From contig JAFVBO010000124.1 in the NCBI GenBank assembly GCA_017479935.1, forward strand, positions 2,922 through 66,921: DNA of 64,000 nucleotides, read 5' to 3'. This document shows positions 1-5,530 of the stretch, piece after piece. Position 1 is the stretch's first letter, and each line of letters begins with the position of its first letter. The notes under the pieces are model-generated. The model made no database searches, was not told the origin of the DNA, and was given only the letters and a program-made list of their open reading frames with translations. The translations under genes were made by a program, and so were the position numbers. This DNA is from Lachnospiraceae bacterium (lineage in GTDB: Bacteria > Bacillota > Clostridia > Lachnospirales > Lachnospiraceae).

Positions 1-173
1 GGGAAACCGATATGCAGGATCGAGACCTGCTGCCTGCGCTCAACTGACGCAAACCAGAAAAAAACGACAGACACCAACCACGGCAATGTGGGCTTATGCT
101 GTTACAGCATATCTGCTCAAGTCGGAGGAGGCAACCATGAAAGCATTTGCTGGCCGGCCTCCTCTTTGCTATG

Positions 174-1862
174 CTACACCTCTTCTGTCAGAACCGAATG
201 CAACTTCACTTTAGCCTGTTTCTGGAAGAACGCGACCCCATAACATAATACCTGCTCATATCCATATAAGCCCCGAGCATATTGATTGATATCAATTTGA
301 TCAAATGCTTTAGCGCATTCCTTGTCCAATTCTGCGGCTGAGTCTGCCTTTTTTGCTTCAATGAGAATAGCCCGCCTTCCGTCATGGTCTTTCAAAACAA
401 TATCCGGCCTTCCAAGCCCACGTTCCTTATTGGTTTCCACTTCGTAGCCCATCCCGACAAAAATGCCTGCTAAGAACGCATGGTAATAGTCTTCCTTGTA
501 GTCAAAGTAACTGATAGTGCGCCACAGAAAGTCTGAAATGATCCTTGTAGCTGTAGCACTGTCACGATCCCAAAGTGCTCGCATTAGGTCTTTCTGTTTG
601 CTGGTATCGATCGTATCACGAAAATACTGGACTACCGTATCCTCGAAAATTGTTGCGATTTCCTTGTTCGGGATTTTGAGTCTTGTCATCTCGCCCGAGT
701 CATCCGGATCAATCTTGGTAACATAGCCGGTCATAAGCAATACGCTCCACAGATTGTCTTCAGAAGCGTGTAAGGTATCGTATGTTAATTCTTCTGTGAT
801 AGTCTGCTCAACGAAACCGCCATTCATCAACGCTTCAAATTTGCCTTTGACCTGGAAATCGGTCCGCTTAACGAAAGTCATCAGCACACCATTATGGCTG
901 GTGTTTTTCCAGTAGTTTTGTGGTCTGGCATCACCTGCATTATTAAGCGTGGAAACGTAGTTAATGACATCCCACGGACAATATATGTGACTATGGCCAA
1001 AGACATACCCGTCATACCAATCCTTAATGATCTGTGCGCTGGAACTTCTTCCTGCAGCTTGCAACAATGCCTGTACCTCTTCCTCTGTAAAACCGAAATA
1101 CTCGGAAAACAGGTCATCCGTCACCGAATATGCTGCGAAGTTGTTGCTGCCCGTAAATATGCTTTCTTTGGCTATGCGGAGGCATCCTGTCACAACTGCA
1201 AACCGCACATCTGTGTTGTCTTTAAGTGCGGCCTTGATCAATCCTCGGATGACATCCAGCATTTTTTCGTAGTATTGGTTTCCTGCGGTATTCTTCTCGC
1301 TGGCAATGGCTAAAGGTACATCGTATTCGTCTATAAGGACGATCACCTTCTCTCCATACACAGCTCGCATCATTCGAATGACAGTATTCATAGCATACTG
1401 TAAGTCAGAACGACTGACAGTCTGAGCTTGTAGTCGTAGAAACAGTTCTCGATCGTACGGATTAATCTTCGGACTGTCTGCCAGATCGGAATACTTTTTG
1501 CAAACATTCGCAATAGTAGCCTTCAGTTTGTCATAAGCTGTTTCAAAATCGTCTGACTCAACATCCTTAAACGATATTGAGAAAACCGGATACTTATTCA
1601 TCCACTCTTGACAAAAATCGCTATGCTTGCACACGTTAAGCCCGGCAAAAAGGCTCGCGCTGTTTTTGCGGACATCGAAAAAGTTCTCCAGTACGCTCAT
1701 CATCAGAGTCTTGCCAAAACGTCGAGGCCTCGTAATCCAGGTCACCTTATTGTTCGCACGTCTGACAATATCATATATGAACTCAGTTTTGTCGACATAG
1801 TATGCCTTCTCCGCCATCAGATCTTCAAAATCTGATTCTCCTATTCCCACCACAAACGACAT
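174..1862 (-). CDS. AAA-ATPase-like protein with C-terminal PD-(D/E)XK nuclease-like domain
   Basis: 562-aa ORF. The N-terminus has 'YYVDKTEFI...RPRRFGKTL' (P-loop-like, AAA-ATPase_like type). The C-terminus has 'RPDIVL...AILIEAKK' (D...E.K nuclease-type motif). Family recalled from memory, not searched. Confidence 0.8.
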   Translation of the reverse strand: MSFVVGIGESDFEDLMAEKAYYVDKTEFIYDIVRRANNKVTWITRPRRFGKTLMMSVLENFFDVRKNSASLFAGLNVCKHSDFCQEWMNKYPVFSISFKDVESDDFETAYDKLKATIANVCKKYSDLADSPKINPYDRELFLRLQAQTVSRSDLQYAMNTVIRMMRAVYGEKVIVLIDEYDVPLAIASEKNTAGNQYYEKMLDVIRGLIKAALKDNTDVRFAVVTGCLRIAKESIFTGSNNFAAYSVTDDLFSEYFGFTEEEVQALLQAAGRSSSAQIIKDWYDGYVFGHSHIYCPWDVINYVSTLNNAGDARPQNYWKNTSHNGVLMTFVKRTDFQVKGKFEALMNGGFVEQTITEELTYDTLHASEDNLWSVLLMTGYVTKIDPDDSGEMTRLKIPNKEIATIFEDTVVQYFRDTIDTSKQKDLMRALWDRDSATATRIISDFLWRTISYFDYKEDYYHAFLAGIFVGMGYEVETNKERGLGRPDIVLKDHDGRRAILIEAKKADSAAELDKECAKAFDQIDINQYARGLYGYEQVLCYGVAFFQKQAKVKLHSVLTEEV

Positions 1863-2016
1863 AAGTGCCCTCCTTTCTGGCTCTCGAATGTTTTATGGCC
1901 GACTGCCTTGCGTGATCATTATAGCTCATCAGCGGGCTATTCTGCAATTCTTTTGCGGAAAGTCTGCTCTTGGCTCTTTCTCTCCAATATTCTCTCAAAT
2001 TATACTACCGGTATAC

Positions 2017-2045
2017 TGGACATCCCCACCTGCCTGTGCTACAAT
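2017..2045 (+). promoter_or_regulatory. candidate sigma-70 promoter (TGGACA-N17-TACAAT)
   Basis: -35-like TGGACA at 2017-2022, a 17-nt spacer, and -10 TACAAT at 2040-2045. It points toward the terminator at 2295-2324 and the HTH/tRNA block. Confidence 0.35.
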
Positions 2046-2294
2046 ATGAACAGAAATAAACAGAACCACCCGGTTCGGAAAGAAAAGGCAATGTCGCAGA
2101 GATCATATTCGCAAAACCTCCATAGCTTATATCGTCTGCCCGAGCAGAAAAATCAGCCGTTGACCATATGTGTCGAATGGTTTGTTTCTGTGCGCTTTTC
2201 TAACCCCGGACCAAGTGGGATTCCGAATGCAGGTGTACCGTCAGAGACACCTGTGTAACCGAATCAAATTCTAAGCATATACCAGGCTCAGAGT

Positions 2295-2324
2295 ACCGCT
2301 TGTCCGTAGGGCAGGCGGTTTTTT
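2295..2324 (+). terminator. rho-independent terminator-like hairpin
   Basis: ACCGCTTG / CAGGCGGT stem (one G-U pair) with an 8-9 nt loop, followed by TTTTTT. Confidence 0.5.
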
Positions 2325-2350
2325 AGTACCATTTTGTCAGGAGAATTCAC

Positions 2351-2467
2351 ATGGAAAGTTCGATAACAGGCAACTATCCGCTTCCACTTCTGCCATTGTC
2401 GCAGAGAGAACGATTACGAAGTGAGAAGAAGGAAAGAAACACGAAAAACAGAATACAGATGGCGTAA
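2351..2467 (+). CDS. possible 38-aa small ORF upstream of HTH gene 1
   Basis: AGGAGA lies 6 nt upstream of the ATG. It translates to MESSITGNYPLPLLPLSQRERLRSEKKERNTKNRIQMA. It is below the ORF-track cutoff and I recognise no homology. Confidence 0.2.
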   Translation: MESSITGNYPLPLLPLSQRERLRSEKKERNTKNRIQMA

Positions 2468-2517
2468 CCGATTTCATCTTCTGTGTATCGGTGCGCCGAT
2501 ATAGGAGGAATGAAACG

Positions 2518-2766
2518 ATGGAGATTCCGTTTATTGATTTCGCCGCCACTGGGCAGAACATCGATACTCTGAGAAAGGCAGCCGGACTGTCTGTCAAGGA
2601 CATGCAGAAGGTGTTCGGTTTTGGCACTCCGCAGGCAATCTACAAGTGGATCCATGGGGATTCCATGCCGACCATTGACAACCTGGTTGTGCTGGCAGCA
2701 ATCCTGGGAGTTACGATGGATGAGATTGTTGTAGTAGGCAAGCGTTTCATCAGCAAGTGCGGATGA
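2518..2766 (+). CDS. XRE-family helix-turn-helix protein (copy 1)
   Basis: AGGAGG RBS then ATG at 2518 (internal Met of ORF 2491..2766). The 'AIYKWIHGDSMPTIDNLVVLAAILGVTMDEI' region is a typical HTH_XRE C-terminal half. It is colinear with, and about 35-40% identical by eye to, the 3580..3804 product. Confidence 0.8.
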   Translation: MEIPFIDFAATGQNIDTLRKAAGLSVKDMQKVFGFGTPQAIYKWIHGDSMPTIDNLVVLAAILGVTMDEIVVVGKRFISKCG

Positions 2767-2829
2767 ACGAGAACATAGAGAAAGCGGGTCGGAACGAGCC
2801 GACCCGCAGATGGCAAGATAAGTATTTTT

Positions 2830-2898
2830 GAGGATGTGGTGTAAAGGTAGCACGCTGCGCTTGGGACGCAGGGGCGCGGTTCGAATCCGACATCTTCA
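2830..2898 (+). tRNA. tRNA-Pro(TGG)-like, possibly degenerate
   Basis: Acceptor GAGGATG/CATCTTC and anticodon arm CTGCG-CTTGGGA-CGCAG. The T-loop is TTCGAAT, but the T stem has two mismatches and the gene is only 69 nt. Confidence 0.4.
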
Positions 2899-2903
2899 AC
2901 TAT

Positions 2904-2975
2904 GGGAGCATAGCTCAATGGTAGAGCATCCGGCTGTTAACCGGAGGGTTGCAGGTTCGAGCCCTGCTGCTCCCG
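2904..2975 (+). tRNA. tRNA-Asn(GTT)
   Basis: Fully canonical cloverleaf: acceptor GGGAGCA/TGCTCCC, D arm GCTC-AATGGTA-GAGC, anticodon loop CTGTTAA, T arm GCAGG-TTCGAGC-CCTGC. Confidence 0.9.
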
Positions 2976-2982
2976 CTCTTTC

Positions 2983-3055
2983 TGGGACTTAGCTCAGGTG
3001 GTGAGAGCGCTGGCCTTATAAGCCAGTGATGCGGGTTCGATTCCCGCAGTCCCGA
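2983..3055 (+). tRNA. tRNA-Ile(TAT)
   Basis: Acceptor TGGGACT/AGTCCCG (U1-G72), D arm GCTC-AGGTGGTGA-GAGC, anticodon arm CTGGC-CTTATAA-GCCAG, T arm GCGGG-TTCGATT-CCCGC. Confidence 0.7.
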
Positions 3056-3057
3056 TT

Positions 3058-3132
3058 TGCGGGCGAGTGGAACGGAGTACCATCGCCGGTCTCATAAGCC
3101 GGAAATAACAGGTTCGACTCCTGTGCCCGCTA
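3058..3132 (+). tRNA. tRNA with CAT anticodon (Met or lysidine-Ile2 type), non-canonical
   Basis: Anticodon arm CCGGT-CTCATAA-GCCGG and T arm ACAGG-TTCGACT-CCTGT. Positions 1-72 mismatch, and there is an extra nucleotide between the D and anticodon stems. Confidence 0.45.
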
Positions 3133-3160
3133 CTTAAGGTGCAATAATGCCGACCATCAT

Positions 3161-3229
3161 TTATTCAGCGGCGAACGCCAAATTGAACGCCTCACCGCTG
3201 AATAAAAAATAGTGTCCTACGCGGACACT
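3161..3229 (+). terminator. two consecutive hairpins after tRNA block 1
   Basis: TTATTCAGCGG...CCGCTGAATAA (3161-3205) and AGTGTCC-TACGC-GGACACT (3211-3229). There is no clean T-run, so a terminator role is uncertain. Confidence 0.3.
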
Positions 3230-3317
3230 TCCCACCACGCTTCGCCTGTGCTATAGTACAGACAACAGCGAAAGAAAAACGACTGCAAAAACAAGAACGA
3301 AAAGGAGAAAGAAGACA

Positions 3318-3470
3318 ATGCTTTACGCCGCAACCATGATCTTTAGACAGCATGAGCAAGAAAAAGAACGCTGCTGGCATCGCCAGGAACGTCAATTTGT
3401 CGTGCCCATGTCTGGAAAACGGATCATGACGGGAAAAGCAGAGGAAAGCCTTACACGAATACTGAGCTAA
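3318..3470 (+). CDS. possible 50-aa small ORF upstream of HTH gene 2
   Basis: AAAGGAGAAAG RBS 7 nt upstream of the ATG. It translates to MLYAATMIFRQHEQEKERCWHRQERQFVVPMSGKRIMTGKAEESLTRILS. The terminator at 3520-3555 follows it. It is below the ORF-track cutoff. Confidence 0.3.
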   Translation: MLYAATMIFRQHEQEKERCWHRQERQFVVPMSGKRIMTGKAEESLTRILS

Positions 3471-3519
3471 TGCGTTACCCAGTACGTGCGCTCTCCCACT
3501 CTTTCTTTATCGTATGACA

Positions 3520-3555
3520 ATACCGCTTTCCTGACCGGGGAAGCGGTATTTTTTG
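3520..3555 (+). terminator. rho-independent terminator
   Basis: ATACCGCTT / AAGCGGTAT 9-bp stem, 12-nt loop, followed by TTTTTT. Confidence 0.6.
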
Positions 3556-3579
3556 TGCGAAAAAAGAAGGAGAAGGAAG

Positions 3580-3804
3580 ATGAACTATCCTGTGATTGAT
3601 CCCGTGGGAACTGGAATGAATATGAAGTCGCTGATCAAGAATAGCGGGAATACAGTGGCCGGTGTTGTGCGACTGCTTGGACTAGCAGATCGAAGCACGA
3701 TGTACAAGTGGCTGCGGGGCGAGGCTCTACCTGGGATTGACAACCTGCTCGCCCTCAGTAATCTGCTCGGCGTTTCGATCAATGACATACTGGTGACGCG
3801 GTAG
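3580..3804 (+). CDS. XRE-family helix-turn-helix protein (copy 2)
   Basis: AAGGAGAAGG RBS then ATG at 3580 (internal Met of ORF 3553..3804). Carries 'TMYKWLRGEALPGIDNLLALSNLLGVSINDI'. It is a paralog of 2518..2766. Its stop codon lies 14 nt before the next tRNA. Confidence 0.8.
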   Translation: MNYPVIDPVGTGMNMKSLIKNSGNTVAGVVRLLGLADRSTMYKWLRGEALPGIDNLLALSNLLGVSINDILVTR

Positions 3805-3818
3805 CTGTCACCGCATGA

Positions 3819-3891
3819 AGGTTTGTGGTGCAAACGGAAAGCACATTGGTCTCCAAAACCGAAGATTTCGGATCATACCCGAACGAACCTG
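3819..3891 (+). tRNA. tRNA-Trp(CCA), non-canonical T-loop
   Basis: Acceptor AGGTTTG/CGAACCT, D arm GTGC-AAACGGAAA-GCAC, anticodon arm TTGGT-CTCCAAA-ACCGA. The T arm is TTCGG-ATCATAC-CCGAA and has no TTC in the T-loop. Confidence 0.6.
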
Positions 3892-3896
3892 CGCTT

Positions 3897-3968
3897 AGCT
3901 CTCTGGTGCAATTGGCAACACGCCGGATTCTGACTTCGGAATTGTAGGTTCAAGTCCTGCGGGGGCTG
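3897..3968 (+). tRNA. tRNA-Gln(CTG)
   Basis: Acceptor AGCTCTC/GGGGGCT (G-U rich), anticodon arm CCGGA-TTCTGAC-TTCGG, T arm GTAGG-TTCAAGT-CCTGC. Confidence 0.7.
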
Positions 3969-4032
3969 CTCTTCTATCTTTCTTTTCCGTCTGAACCGTC
4001 TTGTATTCAGACAGGTTGTTCTGCTTTACTTC

Positions 4033-4104
4033 GGGTCATTAGTTTAATGGCAGAACAGCGGCCTTTTAAGCCGCACGATCAGGGTTCGAGTCCCCGATGG
4101 CCCA
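4033..4104 (+). tRNA. tRNA-Lys(TTT)
   Basis: Acceptor GGGTCAT/ATGGCCC, D arm GTTT-AATGGCA-GAAC, anticodon arm GCGGC-CTTTTAA-GCCGC, T-loop TTCGAGT. The T stem has one mismatch. Confidence 0.75.
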
Positions 4105-4113
4105 CTTATATAT

Positions 4114-4187
4114 GGCTCCGTCGTCTAGTCGGGAAGGACGCTACCCATTCAAGGTGGAAATGTCGGGTTCGAATCCCGTCGGAGCTA
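4114..4187 (+). tRNA. tRNA-Glu(TTC), A at position 33
   Basis: Acceptor GGCTCCG/CGGAGCT, D arm GTCT-AGTCGGGAA-GGAC. The anticodon arm CTACC-CATTCAA-GGTGG has A33 instead of U33. T-loop is TTCGAAT. Confidence 0.6.
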
Positions 4188-4191
4188 CTTA

Positions 4192-4265
4192 CGCCCCATC
4201 CACTAATCGGCTCAGGTGGCCGCCCTCTCAAGGCGGCAATGCGGGTTCGAATCCCGCTGGGGTGA
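4192..4265 (+). tRNA. tRNA-Glu(CTC)
   Basis: Acceptor CGCCCCA/TGGGGTG, D arm CACT-AATCGGCTCA-GGTG, anticodon arm CCGCC-CTCTCAA-GGCGG, T arm GCGGG-TTCGAAT-CCCGC. Confidence 0.7.
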
Positions 4266-4272
4266 GCTCCTT

Positions 4273-4345
4273 GGACAGTTAGCTGACACGGTTGTAGCGA
4301 CGGCCTGAAAAGCCGTAGAAGTCCGTTCGACCCGGACACTGTCCA
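4273..4345 (+). tRNA. tRNA-Phe(GAA)
   Basis: Acceptor GGACAGT/ACTGTCC, D arm GCTG-...-TAGC, anticodon arm ACGGC-CTGAAAA-GCCGT, T arm GTCCG-TTCGACC-CGGAC. Confidence 0.85.
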
Positions 4346-4351
4346 CTCTTC

Positions 4352-4420
4352 GTGCGTATGATCCGGTGGTCAGATCGGTCTGCAAAATCGATCGGGGTGG
4401 TTCAGCTCCACCTGCGCACT
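4352..4420 (+). tRNA. tRNA-Cys(GCA), reduced D arm
   Basis: Acceptor GTGCGTA/TGCGCAC, anticodon loop CTGCAAA on a stem extendable to 7 bp, T arm GGTGG-TTCAGCT-CCACC. It is only 69 nt and has a poorly formed D arm. Confidence 0.6.
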
Positions 4421-4493
4421 TGCGGTCTGGTGCAATAGGTTAGCACACGGGTCTTTGACACCCGCAATGTCGGTTCAATCCCGACGACCGCCG
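4421..4493 (+). tRNA. tRNA-Gln(TTG)
   Basis: It starts directly after the Cys gene. D arm GTGC-AATAGGTTA-GCAC, anticodon arm CGGGT-CTTTGAC-ACCCG, T arm GTCGG-TTCAATC-CCGAC. Positions 1-72 are a T/C mismatch. Confidence 0.75.
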
Positions 4494-4494
4494 C

Positions 4495-4566
4495 GTCTCA
4501 TTCGTCTAAGGGAAAGGACAGGCGCCTTCTAAGCGTCCAATGCAGGTTCAAGTCCTGCATGAGATA
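4495..4566 (+). tRNA. tRNA-Arg(TCT)
   Basis: Acceptor GTCTCAT/ATGAGAT, D arm GTCT-AAGGGAAA-GGAC, anticodon arm GGCGC-CTTCTAA-GCGTC, T arm GCAGG-TTCAAGT-CCTGC. Confidence 0.8.
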
Positions 4567-4569
4567 TAT

Positions 4570-4641
4570 GTCCCCGTAGGCTAACGGATATACCGGATGG
4601 CTACGAACCATCAAATGCACGTTCGATTCGTGCCGGGGACA
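4570..4641 (+). tRNA. tRNA-Arg(ACG)
   Basis: Acceptor GTCCCCG/CGGGGAC, anticodon arm GATGG-CTACGAA-CCATC, T arm GCACG-TTCGATT-CGTGC. The D stem is weak. Confidence 0.75.
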
Positions 4642-4643
4642 CT

Positions 4644-4716
4644 GTGGCCGTGGCAGACTTGGCAATGCAGCGGACTGTGACTCCGCCCTATACGGGTTCA
4701 AATCCCGTCGGTCACC
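4644..4716 (+). tRNA. tRNA-His(GTG)
   Basis: Acceptor GTGGCCG/CGGTCAC, anticodon arm GCGGA-CTGTGAC-TCCGC, T arm ACGGG-TTCAAAT-CCCGT. No G-1 is encoded. Confidence 0.75.
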
Positions 4717-4730
4717 GCTTTTGAGCGAAA

Positions 4731-4779
4731 AGAGCAACGAGGAGCGTACCAAACTTCCGTTGCTCTATTTCATTTTTTT
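4731..4779 (+). terminator. rho-independent terminator closing the tRNA array
   Basis: AGAGCAACG ... CGTTGCTCT 9-bp stem followed by ATTTCATTTTTTT. Confidence 0.7.
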
Positions 4780-4888
4780 GTCGTGTCTGTATCTGTTCTT
4801 CTTTCTCTTTCTATGTGTACTCTGCCTCATACAAGGCATCATATAATCTGTCCATTCTTTTTCTCCATCAATTCATCATTTCCACACC

Positions 4889-5134
4889 TTACCCGGAGTA
4901 TTTCTCAAAACACCATTTCGCAATCTTTTTGATCAGCTCCTCCGGTAAAGGCTGATCATAGGGAAGCCGTATCGTGCCCTTACTTACGTCAAATTCTGCA
5001 AGATCCTCTTCAAAAGCCGCCGTCGCTTCATCACCCGGATAAATGCCCAGATGTTTCTTTGAAGCAGCAAAATGGATGATGTTCCTGCCTTTCCAGTAAG
5101 TAGGCATGGACCAGGAGATCCGGGTCCTTTGCAT
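4889..5134 (-). CDS. DUF1801 (YdhG-like) domain protein, interrupted by an in-frame TAA
   Basis: 'ISWSMPTYWKGRNIIHFAASKKHLGIYPG' matches the YdhG/DUF1801 core. The reading frame continues upstream through a single TAA (5135-5137) to an ATG at 5188 (MSELRDASYLQWLQQVR*MQRTR...). Confidence 0.6.
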   Translation of the reverse strand: MQRTRISWSMPTYWKGRNIIHFAASKKHLGIYPGDEATAAFEEDLAEFDVSKGTIRLPYDQPLPEELIKKIAKWCFEKYSG

Positions 5135-5530
5135 TTACCGCACCTGCTGCAGCCATTGCAGGTAAGACGCATCCCGCAATTCAGACATCTTGGGCCAAAA
5201 TATTTTACCGAGCAGAAAGGAGCTGCAGAGTTCCATGCCTACTTCTATCGCACGGAAGTGAAGCAGGAAGAAAAGGATATCCCAATGCGTCCGGCGGCGC
5301 TGACCAACATGCCGCTGATCGATGAGAAACTGGGAAATATCGCTGTGAACTTCTGGGATCTGACATGGAATGACGAAAACAGATATTTACCCTATGAGAC
5401 CCGGCTTCTTCTCTCTCTGACCAATTCCGCTTTTCCTAGACACGGGCGCTTTGCGTATTTCTCGCAAAGCGCCGCATCTCTTCGTTGCCATACGACACAC
5501 CTTCCGTTGCGATGCGCCGCGCCTCTACAC

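Noticed and set aside
137-214. A 25-codon plus-strand ORF with a GGAGGAGG RBS that overlaps the 3' end of the AAA-ATPase gene.
   Set aside because: The GGAGGAGGC...GCCTCCTC pairing is more simply read as a hairpin at the gene's end. The peptide has no distinguishing features.
1908-3550. Possibility that the non-coding stretches flanking the tRNA blocks are ROOL or GOLLD large ornate RNAs, which are known to neighbour tRNA arrays.
   Set aside because: The available non-coding intervals (about 275-420 nt, interrupted by terminators and RBS-bearing small ORFs) are shorter than those RNAs (about 580-800 nt). I could not recognise any of their conserved features by eye. The smaller candidate at 2017-2324 is kept as a low-interest finding.
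2830-5188. Idea that a suppressor tRNA in the array reads the in-frame TAA of the adjacent DUF1801 gene.
   Set aside because: None of the 15 anticodons (TGG, GTT, TAT, CAT, CCA, CTG, TTT, TTC, CTC, GAA, GCA, TTG, TCT, ACG, GTG) is complementary to a stop codon.
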